DNA of 64,000 bases from Eukaryota sp. GEM-RC1 (taxonomy: Eukaryota), in assembly GCA_040285855.1 (NCBI GenBank), contig JAUFOQ010000001.1:1984001-2048000 (forward strand). The letters run 5' to 3'. The notes below the pieces were generated by a model. That model had not been told where the DNA came from, made no database searches, and saw nothing but the letters and a program-made list of their open reading frames with translations. This document shows, one piece after another, positions 39,805 through 52,013 of the stretch (its first letter is position 1; each line of letters starts with the position of its first letter). Both the position numbers and the translations under genes were made by a program.

Positions 39805-40640
39805 AGATGAGATGAGAAACATGAAATAGAGTTAATGATCCAATGATAAGCGTTAAAACATGTATATGAAGAACAGCCATCATTTCCAGAAACTTATGTA
39901 AGAGTAGAGACATGAAGAAACAAGGATGAAGTGATCACGAGAGATGATTGATTGATAGTCCACGCGCGGATACAAAGACAGATGATGGAATGAAGATCAT
40001 ATGAGAGTAGAAGGCGAGGTCACACGGCGTAAAGACGGGGTCAAGTGTTGAAGTTCATACTTGATGGAGTGAACGAAGAAGTTCGTCCTCAACATGAACG
40101 TTTGCTCTCTAGTCATTCCTTCTGTCTACCTCCTTGAGTCTTAACAGTTCTATAATATTCGTCATTCTTCCCTTGTCATCACTACGTTGCTCATTTTCTC
40201 GTATTCTGATGTTTCTTCTCTGGGTAGGTTCGTTCTTTCCCTTTACGTTCTGATGTACGTCCAAATGTACAACTCTGTCTTGCGGTTGTACATGATGCTT
40301 GAGTTTCAGTCTTCCTTTTCCGATTTACCCTCTCTTTCTACCCGTCCTCACTTATCTCCATGCAAGCTTACTCTTCGTCGTGTAATAACTCATATTCCGA
40401 ATAGTCGTTCTCTAGATCATCAACAAAGACCTCACACTTGTCTTGGTCTTGATCTCTCTCGATTTAACTCATCACTGAGATCATTCCATTGATGTCCTTG
40501 TTACCGATTTTTCATCCTTAGAATCTGTCGTCTCACTGATCACTTGTTCAAACCATACTCACTGGAAATACTTCTGAGACGACCAAAGGTCTCTCCTCAT
40601 TGTAGATACAACTTTATTCCTAGTTTGGTATTCATCAGTA
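39805..40640 (-). repeat. Repeat family U, inverted copy
   Basis: Reverse complement of about 11720-12600. Confidence 0.8.
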
Positions 40641-40794
40641 TTATACTAGTGATAAGAGAAACTTGAGGGATTCGTCTCTTGTATCATCAAATTTTACATT
40701 GATGATGTCTTCGTTGACATTTGCAGGAATATTTACTAAGTTTTATTGTTTCTTCATCAACTAGTCAAAAATCTGTGTTTATGTTGATTCAGTT

Positions 40795-41675
40795 TTTCGT
40801 TTTAGTGTAGTTCTTGTCTGTGGCTGAAGAAATGTCTTCCACTCAGAACTTCATCCCCCTTTATCTGTTGACAACTTAATCAGTGGAATGTTCACTTGAT
40901 ATCTTACCACAGAAATTTAGTTTATTTTTTTATACTACATACACGACTTCGAAAAAGGCCAATTGTTTTGTTTAATTTTGTTGTGGTTTTCACATGAAGT
41001 ATGATCATTCTGGGCTCCTCAAAACTAGCCCCATGAGTACGAATACGAACAGATTCCAGGCTGTGTAACCTGCAGAGGGGGAACAAGAATACTAAATCAA
41101 GACAACAATTCACCAGTAGAGTATACTAAATCCAATTCTACTGCTCAATGAATTTAATATTCTGATGAAAAGAAAGAGCACACAGAACAAAAAGTCACAG
41201 TCGATGATGATTTTAAAGTAGTTACATCAAACCCTCTACATCGGTGGGGTTTTCATCAATTTTCGGACAAATGGTTTGTTTAGTACAAAGTTGATGACCT
41301 TTGTGGCCCTTTGTCAGAGCAAAACAATTGAAGGGATTTTGTGACTAGACTCTGATGTACAGTTGTCTTTTAAAAAGCAATTCAATGCATGAATACCAAT
41401 AGCACAACGGATTCCACGAATGTGCTTGAATTTGAAGGTTTGGTTCATAGCAGCGTTCATATAATGTTGTGCACCATCAGTAATAACTAGATTGACATAA
41501 TGGCTGCCAATATGATCAATTATTTCATTGAACATCATTGTTAAAAACTCTTCGTCTTTGCGATCGTCGATATCGTATATAGCCTCAAGGAATAGGCTTT
41601 CTTTAGCAGCAACTAAACAAAAACTAATCACAAGAAGAGAAACTGAGACACTTTATATTCACTTAACCTTAGGGA
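40795..41675 (-). repeat. Inverted copy of the DUF659-type hAT fragment block
   Basis: ORF 41314-41631 is nearly identical to the ORF starting at 10533. Confidence 0.8.
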
Positions 41676-42010
41676 TTAAAGAGGCCTCTTTTGTGGTAAA
41701 GATACAATTAGTTTGTCGAGGAGCGGAGTTTTGTCTGGTTCCGTAGGTTCTGTTGACCTTTGGGTTTCTTCGATTGTAGGGTTTATTCTTAGGTTGATCT
41801 TGAGGTTTGGGGTTATTAGAGAATTTGTTGGAGGGGCTAAGTTTGCTTCTTTTGCATTCCGGGTCACGGCAGAAGTCGATAGTGTGTCCGGGTTTCTTAC
41901 AAAAGTTGCAGAAACGGACGGATGAAGGGGAATTCTGAGGGGGAGAAGAATAAAAGTTAGGTGTGCGAGAGGGAGATTTAAAGAAATTCATGCTTGTTAC
42001 TGGTGTGAGC
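41676..42010 (-). mobile_element. Retrotransposon gag fragment with a CCHC zinc knuckle
   Basis: CNFCKKPGHTIDFCRDPECKRS parallels CAYCKEP(G)HVKADCPDPSYRAS of the gypsy element; similar basic tail (RTYGTRQ versus RRPNTRS). Confidence 0.6.
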
Positions 42011-42370
42011 AAACTTCAGACATATGATGGTAATTTTTCTCATGATACGTAAGTAAGGGAAAACATATTAATAAGGCCATTCATTCTGCTGCTACTTCCA
42101 CCTACTATAAATTGGTCTTTTGCACGAAGGTTCTGTACATCCTTAGAAGTGATGTATGTGCCTGGAAAATGTGCCTCAAGTATGGAAGTGACTCTCTTAG
42201 GTGGAACCATGTCTAAGAGAGGAAGATGTTTATGGGATTCTGTAGACTTGTTTTGAGAAGTCTTCCCACCAAAAACCAGTAGAATAAGAGAGTATTTGTT
42301 TGTTGGGAAATCGTCAATTTACATCACATAAGTAAATAACAATTCATTTAACATCAATACTCTTTTGCTA

Positions 42371-44293
42371 ATGACTACAACTAATACAACTCTTCAACAA
42401 GGTCATTCTTATACAAACATCCAACACTTGCAGCATGATGTTTACTCTTGGTTCCTTTCGAGTGATAAAAGCTTCGACATAACTCAGAAAAACCAGAACC
42501 GTTGGGATATACGATGTGGCTCCTCTACACCTTGTCCCTGTTACATCCACTGTTTTCAGGACACAGACACCCACGAATGGGAAATAAGAAAGTTTGTCGA
42601 TCACATTGCTTCCTGCCAATCCTTATGTTTTACGACCTTGCCTAAACAAATCTGTGCCATTTTAATGGCAGAAGAAGTAAGAGGTGGAAAGATTACCAGT
42701 CCATCTGTATTTGCTAGGAAGCTGAAAACCAAGTACTTTATTGATATAAGTCCGAGTAAAGCCTGTCGAGCTCTAGAGGCCACTAACGAACTACTTTATG
42801 GTTCTTTAGATACCTCATACACCTTTCTGGAACCCTTTTTCCAAAGTCTCAACTCCACTAATCCCAACTCTCCTTTTAAGCTGAATGTTGCACCTGATGG
42901 CACATTTGAGCGCTTTTTCTTTACTTTTCAACCTCTTGTGAAAGGATTTGAGTTTTTAAGGCCTGTTATCGTGATAGATGGAACTCATCTGAGGTCCAAA
43001 TACAAGGGAACATTGTTGGCTGCTGCTGGCATTGATGCCAACGGACATTTCTTTCCTATAGCTTTTGAAATTACTCGAACGGAAAATGTAATAAATTGGA
43101 GAAGCTTTTTGGAGAATTTGAATGACAATTTTGCAATCAACGACAAAACAGTATTTATTAGTGACAGAAATCCAGCCATATCCCGTACGCTGGTCGAAGT
43201 TTTTGGTGAAGAAACCTACCACTCTGTGTGCTGTAAACATCTCAGTGACAATCTCTCGTCCAGAGGTGGAAAGAAAGCAATGAAATTGTTTTGGAAATGT
43301 GCAAGAGCGAGTACGTTAAACGAATTTGACCGCTATTGGCAGCTCCTTCAAATCCAGTGCCCAGTGGGTTATACTTATTTGGAAGAGTCAGCTCCGAAAG
43401 AATCTTGGTCGACAGTACACTTTGAAGGGAATAGATATGGACAACTCACCTCCAATATCATTGAATCCTTAAATGCATGGCTTCTTCCAGTTCGCTCTTT
43501 GCCAGTGACTTCAATGGTTAACGGTATCTTTGAAGCAATGACTCATTTGTTCAGAAGAAGAAAAGATGAATCAATGAAGATGCATGGAGAATTCGTTGAT
43601 GATGTTGAAGAGTATTTGTTGCCGTCGATATTGAGAGCTCGCAGTTTAGAAGTAACCACGTTCTCCGACAATTTGTATTCCGTGAGAGAAAACGAATTTG
43701 TGTTTTCTGTGGATCTGAAGTACAAAACGTGCAGTTGCGGATTCTGGAAACAACATGATGTGCCATGTATTCACGTAATGTCAGTTTCGAGACGTGTTAG
43801 AATTCACCCCAGATCTTTAGTGTCTCCCTATTATTTAGTTACTAATTTTAAGAAGACGTATGATGGCGAATTTTATCCAATCGACTATAGAAGGAATATC
43901 GAAGAACTAGAAAGTGATGTGTTTCCTCCTTTAGATACAGTAATGCCAGGTCGTCCGCCAATTTCACGTAAGGACAAGTACTCACGTACTAAACGCTTTA
44001 ATCAAAAGAGATTCGATGAGAAGGATGCGAGTAGCGACAGTGAAGAAGTAGAACCTGACGCAGCAGCAACGGAAGAGAATCAGGAAGCAATGCCTCTCTC
44101 CCCACGTAGATGTGGTCATTGTAGAATTATTGGGCACGACAGAAGAAACTGCCCAGAGTGGATTGTGTTGCAGCAAGGTGCCAGCAGTATGATACCAACA
44201 GTAGTAGATGGTTCAGCACCAAGACCACGACAACGTAAGTGTAGAAATTGTGACCAAGTTGGTCATGACAGGAGAAACTGTCCAACGAAATAG
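42371..44293 (+). CDS. Mutator-like (MULE/MuDR) transposase, intact ORF of about 640 aa with SWIM and two CCHC knuckles
   Basis: IVIDGTHL, FPIAF, FISDR, CCKHL, TSNIIESLN; SWIM CSCGFWKQHDVPCIH; CGHCRIIGHDRRNC and CRNCDQVGHDRRNC; first ATG at 42371; no internal stop. Confidence 0.92.
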   Translation: MTTTNTTLQQGHSYTNIQHLQHDVYSWFLSSDKSFDITQKNQNRWDIRCGSSTPCPCYIHCFQDTDTHEWEIRKFVDHIASCQSLCFTTLPKQICAILMAEEVRGGKITSPSVFARKLKTKYFIDISPSKACRALEATNELLYGSLDTSYTFLEPFFQSLNSTNPNSPFKLNVAPDGTFERFFFTFQPLVKGFEFLRPVIVIDGTHLRSKYKGTLLAAAGIDANGHFFPIAFEITRTENVINWRSFLENLNDNFAINDKTVFISDRNPAISRTLVEVFGEETYHSVCCKHLSDNLSSRGGKKAMKLFWKCARASTLNEFDRYWQLLQIQCPVGYTYLEESAPKESWSTVHFEGNRYGQLTSNIIESLNAWLLPVRSLPVTSMVNGIFEAMTHLFRRRKDESMKMHGEFVDDVEEYLLPSILRARSLEVTTFSDNLYSVRENEFVFSVDLKYKTCSCGFWKQHDVPCIHVMSVSRRVRIHPRSLVSPYYLVTNFKKTYDGEFYPIDYRRNIEELESDVFPPLDTVMPGRPPISRKDKYSRTKRFNQKRFDEKDASSDSEEVEPDAAATEENQEAMPLSPRRCGHCRIIGHDRRNCPEWIVLQQGASSMIPTVVDGSAPRPRQRKCRNCDQVGHDRRNCPTK

Positions 44294-44374
44294 GTTTTAT
44301 GAGTTGAAACAATGATTGCAAAATAAAGTAATATTAGATGAAAAATGCAATTAATGTATATTAGTGATGAAATC

Positions 44375-44490
44375 TGCATAAATCCCTTGTTTGTTTTGTA
44401 AGTACAGTCCAACGTATAGACAAACCTGTATCTTCTGCCTAATTCAACTGCTGTTTGATGAGCGATAAAGAAGTATTCCAGGTTGGTATT
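44375..44490 (-). mobile_element. FAR1-type MULE transposase fragment
   Basis: LEYFFIAH...VYTLDCTYKTNK; a related N-terminal piece (ILEAHFPGTYITSKDVQNLRAK) lies at about 42120-42210 on the minus strand. Confidence 0.55.
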
Positions 44491-46255
44491 CCTTGCTGAA
44501 CCTGCTTGACTTTGTGAATGGGAACAAACCCAATCCAGTGGATGTTTACGACAACTGTAAAGAAGTTGAGCAGTAAGAACAAGAACAATGGAATTGAGAT
44601 TGTTCACAGTAGCTAGACGGATGGAATTAGCTGAAATGTTTTTAACACGATGAACAATGCTGAAGAATCACTTGCACTTTACTTCTTTTTTTAAGCAAAA
44701 ATATCAATAACACTCATCTCCCAAATCCATATTTCACTAACCACTCAAATGGAAATTGATATCACATTAAACACTCATAGACCCTTTATCATTTACATAT
44801 TACTTTATATGTAGGAGACATATTTGCATCAAAAAAACGTTGTTTAGATATAGCAGAGTACTTGAATGATAACCCCCAGTGGCTAAAAAATCTAGCAGGA
44901 GTGGTTTCTGATGTGGATGAACAGGAGATGAGATCATTTGTGGACTTAGTTTTGCAGGATGTTGAAGAACAAGAAAGAATTGAAGAAATCGGATCTCTTG
45001 TATCTAAATCAGAGTCTAACAACGATCTTGTTTTAGATGGAATTGAGTAAGATCTAGAATAGAGTAGAATGAGAGATCACCCGCTCTGTATGATATGCTT
45101 GAAGGTTATAGTTTTTGGTGAGTTTCTATGACACTAAACGCTTTGTAACACTGTATAAGTATGATGTTCTAATGGAATTTCCGGAGACGTCATCCCGAAT
45201 TCCAATTGGTTTCCAAATGCAAACAAGCGTTTTGGAAACTTTTTCATGTTTCGTGTACCCTAATAAAATGTTTCTTGAGTTCTTGGCAAATGATTCATAA
45301 TGTGATTCACCACAGGAATCAAATTGTTCAGTGGATCATGTACAAACATGGCTCCACCTCTCTAAAAGGCGTGTAGTCTGTAATGAAGAGACGTATCAAA
45401 AAATAAGTGAATGTAACCTACAATTGAACTTCACAAACAAATTGACAAATAGTGTTAGCGTAGACTAGATCCTGTAGTAATTGCATGTTGCAAACCGACA
45501 TATCAGTCACCATTACCTAACAGAATAATAGAACATCAACAAAATCAAGAAGCGATGCCCGGAATTGAAACAACTTTGGTGTCAATCACATCAAATCATC
45601 TGTCGAAAGATTGGAATTAGTGCTGTCAAACCACGGGTCACGACGCTTCATGATCATTTACAGAATAAACCAGTGTTTAGTTCTATCTCTAGTTTACATA
45701 TGATTCTATATTCTCACCCAACGCCCATTTGAGGCATAAGACAATTTTAGTGATTTGAAGAAAATGTTCTTGCTTTACAGAACATGAAAAGTGATCTTCA
45801 AGTATACACAAGACCACTTCCAATTGAATGTTTCAGAGGGTGTATTAGTAAGAATTAGCGTTATTTGATGTATTAGGAGGAAAATACATTGTATACGTTC
45901 TTCAAGGTTTCAAAGAAAGTTGGTTGGACAGATTCTCTGTGCAAGTATCGCGCTTAGTGGTACGATGTTTTGAAGACATAGATAAAGGCGGCCAATAATA
46001 TTGTTGGAATTTTTCTAAATTTTCGCCATCTTTTCCGCCAGCACTATTCTTCATGAACAGATTGACAGCGTAGTTGGGTATGACATATACAATTATTGAA
46101 AGACATAACAATCTTTTCGGACGACATCTTTGTGTTGAATTATTATTATTATTTTAAAGTACACTTAATATCGGAAATTGTAATAGCACTAGTATTGCTA
46201 ACATTAATCTCTGTGAAACAACTATGGTCTCAAATCATGAGTAAAATTAGTTGAG

Positions 46256-47330
46256 TCAGGAACCGGATATTCTTACACCTACAGCAACAGCATGTACACA
46301 CAGAACTTTGTCTTTTTGCCACTTTGAACGTACACAACTCATTTTCATCTCATTGCTAACAGCGGTAGCTTCTCCTTTAGTCTCGAACTGCTGGTTCTGA
46401 GCAAGAACTATGGTAAATGCTGTTGCCTCATCTAATAAAGATCTTACATCATTTGCCACTTATTTTACAATACTCGGTAGTTTCATTGCCTCTTCCAGTC
46501 GTTCCCCATTTTTATCATAGTTTTACAGCGAATTGTCCGTTAATAAAATGATAGCATTGTCACCCTTTTCTTTCTTAATGGAGTCGTGAAACGACTCATT
46601 TAATTACATCCATTGATGTTCCAAATTCTAATTGAAGACATTGCTACATTAATATCATTATCATGTTAAGATCAACCAGCGAAATCGATCAAGTACCAAA
46701 CCGTCATCCCACTTCTAAACTTCGTTTCCAAGTTCTTTTTTAGATGTACTAAACAGAATCTGTACGGTACATTTTGACCGATAACATTACTTGTGTTGAT
46801 TATTCATAGAATTATACTTTTATTTCACTTATCTCCATTCAATACACCCATGTTTTCACATAAATCATATACTATTTTATCCATTGACGGTAAAATCAAC
46901 ACCTGCACCTTTGATCAATCCTTTGTCTCGATTGGAAGAGAGCGGCAAAAAACTAAAGCTATATTCAAGCGATCGAAAAACGAACTCGAACTCGCTCCGT
47001 TTTCAGCATCAACAACAGCCCAGCAAAGGGGAAAGATGTGTGTAAAGTCGACTTGCAAACAGTTCTGACAAACAGCCGTCAATAATACTCCTTTAAACTT
47101 TCCGTATAAGTGACATCCGTCTACCGCAATCATCTTCTTGCAGGACTTGTAACATTCTATCAATTCTTGGAAGCAAATGAGAACTCTACAGAATCTCCCA
47201 TCTGTTACATCTAGATCAACGACCCACTGTTGATGAAGAATATTGGGAGCAAAGTACCTCATGGAGTAAGAATTCATCTGGTTCTACATCATTTCCTCCA
47301 CTTGACTTACTTCGCTTCTTCTCTAATGTC
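46256..47330 (-). pseudogene. Decayed MULE transposase
   Basis: IAVDGCHLYGKFKGVLLTAV, IFPLCWAVVDAEN, PYRFCLVHLKKNL and a SWIM remnant KWQKDKVLCVHAVAV; many disruptions. Confidence 0.75.
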
Positions 47331-47339
47331 CCTGAAGCC

Positions 47340-48050
47340 ACCAGACTGTCAACGGATGATTTAAAAGAAATTGCTGCTTCAACAGCCAATTCGTTGACGC
47401 CATGAAGTGATTAAGATGGAACTTATTGAACGGCTTAATGTGCTATTGGATCGTCTGTTGAAGATCCGATTTAAGATATCTAATGTCTTCCGTAAATGCA
47501 GATTACAAAATAATGCTTCGCCACACCGTTTCAGAAACCGTCAAGAAACTCTTCAAAAAAGCCAGATGCTCTGAAAGACTTGTTGAAATTCGGGAAACAC
47601 TTGCTTTGTTATTGACATTTAGAACACAACATCAAAGTTCACAGATCTTTTGAAAATTAGTCAAGATTCTCAAATATCCTATATGACATAAGAAATGTTG
47701 CTTCATGTGATGATCAATCAACAATAAGTGAATTACTAAATCTATTTTGGGTTGAATAGGATCAGGATGTGGCATTCCTAAATGTTGTCGAATATTTAAG
47801 ATCAATCATTGTGCCTGAGTCGGAGAAGTCTTTTCACTGCTTCCTGACACATGTTCTTCATTTGGATACTTTCACTAACATCAGAGCAGAAGGAAATCAT
47901 ACAGTCCTTAAGAATTGCTCAGAAAGATATACTGGGTGTCATGAAGAAGATTGATGTACATGTTCGAACCTAAACTACAAGAATGCGATGTTCAAGGGAT
48001 AAAGATCAATTTTACAATGATTTGATAAAGTTTCTTTTGAGTTCCTCTGT
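47340..48050 (+). pseudogene. Decayed FAR1-type MULE transposase
   Basis: KDISNVFRK, HLLCY*HLEHNIK, VLHLDTFTNIRAEGNHTVLK. Confidence 0.55.
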
Positions 48051-48789
48051 TCACGTCCCACTGTCTCTGATAACAACTCTTGTTATTTGATCAAACGCTA
48101 CAAGACCCACTCAAATGATGGAGACTTGAGCTTCCAATACTGTCCTCAAACACCATCAATTGAATACAGTTCAATTCTCAACAGATTTACGAATGATCAT
48201 CAACAAAACGACGCCATAGTCACAGGTTCCCTTGTGAGTTTTCTGGATCTCGAAATATCCATGTTAAAAAGACTCCCGCTGGAGCAAGGAGCGCAAATAG
48301 TACTTACGTAAGGTGTCTGACGAATTTGTCATTGTTTCCTCTGTCCAAAATAAAACGAGAAAATGGTGCTTTTGAAAGCATGTAGAGGATGGGGAAGAAA
48401 GCAGGCACAGTGGGTGATCTGGATCTATGCGGAAGTTCTTCGGGAACGTCCGTTATTCTACCACCATACTGCCCGGAAAGCAATCCAATTGATTCAATTC
48501 GATTTACCAATTTCTTTTTAAAGAACTTGTCAGCCGAATTCCGTATTCGTAGACCTATCACCATTTTCGATGGTATTAAACTTGCTGAAATCTTAGAACA
48601 TCAAATGAAGAGCCACTGGAATACGGAAAGTGGGAACATGGTGCCTGGAACGGATCTCATTGCTGTAGTGGATGAGGAAACAGCCAAGGCAATCTCAAAG
48701 GGCCTAAAGAACACAAAACATTGGCTGAATTTGAAGGAAGTTATTGTGCCATTACACAATATTCACATGCACATGTGTCAGGCTCATCT

Positions 48790-49805
48790 GTAGAGCGTCA
48801 CGTCATCAAATAAGAGCAGAATCATTCGATTAATTTAATTATCTCCCTTATTTGATGTTTCTGAAGGATTTCATTCAACTCAATCTACTCCTGTACTAAC
48901 TAGTGACAATACCTAAAATGCAAGATTTAGCTAAAGACATGATAGAATTCTGATTTGAAAACATAATCATATTTAGATATGAATACAAATTTTGAAATAT
49001 TTAATACACTTATCTTAATTAAAGAAATAAGTGCCATTCTTCAACTAAATACTGCAAAACAACAGATAAATAATGAAATTTGCTTTCACAATAGTGGTTT
49101 GATGTTAGAGCTAGATGATAATTTAACAAATATTTACAAATAGTAGCATAAACAAACAACTCGATGATTCTCAAGTATTCTCTTCATTTGAGGGTAGATG
49201 TCTAGGTTGAGGTAATCTCCACTTAATACTTTCCCTAACAAACTCCTTAATGTCAATTTCCTTAGTTTAATCATAAATAGTCTGGTTAGAGTGAAAACAA
49301 CGTCAACTGGAAGACTATACATGAGTTCGAGACCAAGACAAACTTATTACCAAGAGTAGACTTGACAAGGTTTGAAACCTCCTTCTTCTTGTTTCATGAA
49401 AGTTAGTACGGCGAAAGCAATGGAGAGCAGCGTGTTGTAGTCTTCAACGATGATGGTGAGGTGACTGTTGAAGAGAGGTTTAGCATAGGCAAAGAGTTCA
49501 GAAGCGAGCATCATGACTGAGGTTGTTCCGTCACCAACTTCTTCATCTTGGGTTAGCGCTAGTTCGATCTTAGTTTTGGCAGCGGGAGGAACGACGTCGA
49601 TTTCACGAAGGAAGTGGTGACTATCATTGATGATTTGAAGGCTGGGTGATCAACAAGGAGCTTAAACTTAGAGAGAGAAGAGAACAGAAGGTCATCAACA
49701 GGTTCAGCTTCGCCTATGATATAGAGCTGAGCTTTGTCTCGGTGTGGAAGTGGAACTGTTAGTGTATGTAAGATGAATAGAGGGAGAAAGGGAATGTCAT
49801 TGAGG
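48790..49805 (-). pseudogene. CCT3: CCT-gamma fragment repeat module, copy 3
   Basis: Reverse complement of 17565-18570; LREIDVVPPAAKTKIELALTQDEEVGDGTTSV. Confidence 0.75.
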
Positions 49806-50112
49806 GGTTCAAGATGTTCCTGTGTGTTGAAATATCAACGTGTCTTCTACAAGGAATAAGTTGTTGACAACACAGAAACCGTCTTTCTTCATGAACGATC
49901 TGACAAACCACTTCATGAGGTGACATTACGACGACTCGTATCTTCGCCTCTATTCATTCTACATTAATCTTCCCTTCATATCCTTACTCAAGTCACTCCC
50001 TCTAATTGACATTCAGCTAGGTATCTCTCCCATTGAACTGTTGAAGATATAGTAGCTTTATTCTATCATTGGTTGTGTAAAAGATCAAATTAGGGTAAGA
50101 CTGTCCACGCTG

Positions 50113-50772
50113 TACACTCGCCTCAGTCAAGAGTTTGGTTTCAGATCGGTCGATAAGTAATGAGATTAATGTAAACCTTGTTGTTCGTGTTTAAACACTT
50201 CTAACTGCTAGTATTGACCAAAAAGTTATTCATGGAGATTGTTGCTGTTTCTTTTGGTTAGATGAAAATAGAGATATAAAGGACCCAATACAAGCATAGT
50301 AAGGGATATGCTTGAATAGTTTTTTAAGGTTGCTTGTATTGAGACCTCAACGATAGTTCAAATTTCATTGCAGTTTTGAGCTATTTCCCTTGAAATGTCA
50401 GGAGGCATAAAACTCAAAACATGATTAATCTTTAAACTAAAACAAATTGAAATCAAATTTTGGTATTATAGAAGTGTATTTATTCAAAAAAAAGCAGCGT
50501 TACGTCCTAATTAAATTTGTCGACTGCCATATGCGTATAGTTGTAAGACTCATGACCTCTCCGGGGTGTGTGTTTATGAAACATATATCAACCCACCACG
50601 AATTGTGCTTCACTGTTTCAACATCTAAACACGATCTTTAGTGCTAAATTCAAGTTTATTGAGTAGAGGAAAAACGGCTGAACCTGGTCCACTTGAGATG
50701 AGCTGCAAGAGTAATATGAAGAGAGATTGTATTGAGAAGGGAGGAGATCCTAGACATCATTGAAGAGAAGAT
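50113..50772 (-). repeat. Inverted copy of 22578-23340
   Basis: Reverse-complement similarity with a few indels. Confidence 0.8.
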
Positions 50773-51308
50773 GGGAAGGGGGAAAGCGCAGCCTTGAGAT
50801 GAGGCTCAATCTCACTGGTAAGTCGCAAAACCTTGACTCAAATCACAGGCGTTCTGAAGAGGTTATTGAGATGGGAGTGGAGAGACCGGTCAGTTATCAC
50901 GATAAGAAGAAACAGAAAGAGTACATGAGGTGGCAAGGACACTGGTGCAGAGGTAATATGTGATCAATAGAGGTAAAAGTTACAGTACACAACTGAGAAA
51001 GAAGGTACCTTTTTGAAAGACAAAAAAGTTGTAACGGAGACAGGGAAGTAGAGGTATCAACGTAGCTGAAGGGACAGAAGCATCACTGCTCCTGAACATC
51101 AAACAGCCAGAACATTCTGGTGAAGTGTTTCTTTCTCATGGTTGTCTTGAGAAGTTGTATATTTTGACAAAACACAACTAGGATGATTTACACATTGATG
51201 TTTGAGTAGTGTAGTGTTCTTCAAAGAGGTGTTGGCAAGTATGAGTATTGATGATGATGATGATCAAGATTGTTGATCATGCTTGTGATTCAACAGAATC
51301 CTCTAATC

Positions 51309-51627
51309 ATGTTCAAAACACTCATTATAGCTCTTCTCTTTGCTGCAGTGTTCGCAGAATGGCAGACATCTGTCTATCCACAGGAAATTACTGACACTTC
51401 TAATGCCGAATGTGATAATTGTGTTCGTGCTCTCCGTGTTATTTATAGCGTTACTGAAACTAGCGGATGCGCTGTTGCTTGTTCTCCTACAGGAACATTT
51501 AGGTCTGGTTTGCTCAACTTCTACATCTCTAATCTTAGCGTGTAATATGGGTTGCATTACACTTGTTCAAGATGTATGTCCTTCCGATTGCGCAAGAGCA
51601 GCGTGTACATGGTTCAAATTCTGTTAG
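51309..51627 (+). CDS. Secreted 95-aa 10-Cys saposin-like peptide, copy B; join 51309-51507 and 51539-51627
   Basis: Signal peptide MFKTLIIALLFAAVFA; 31-nt intron GTTTGC...CTAATCTTAG at 51508-51538; spliced CDNC...GCAVACSPTGTFRSACNMGCITLVQDVCPSDCARAACTWFKFC*; same exon lengths as copy A. Confidence 0.8.
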
Positions 51628-52013
51628 ATGGATTGTTAGTCTATTCAAATATCGAATTATATTGTTTTGTAATAGTCATCAGTATCGTTTTCGTTTTTCA
51701 TTATTATCAAGCATTTAAAAATTTTAAATCATTTAATGTGTGATACATCTGCTTGAACTCTGCGTCAGTTCTGTTGAATGTTCACGAGTCATGACACTGA
51801 AATGATTTCTACTCTTTATTCTTCGTGTGCATAAACATTCATGGTAAAATTAGTCCCATAATTAGTCTCACCAAATCTCAGTGAGACTATATTTGTACTG
51901 AGACTATATTAGCACAAATGCTGAAGTGTGAAAATTAGTATTATTATTCAGAACAAGGATACGCAAACACACGGTGTGGCCAATTCACTGTCCGTGTGAC
52001 ATACATGTGACAC

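Noticed and set aside
42368..44321. Short minus-strand ORFs inside the MULE, and similar antisense ORFs inside the gypsy, Tigger and kinase sequences
   Set aside because: These are shadow ORFs of real coding sequence on the opposite strand, with no motifs of their own.
45060..45420. Kinase remnant on the minus strand (RGGAMFVH, SRNILLG)
   Set aside because: Only scattered 3-4 residue matches in different frames; no HRD, DFG or APE.
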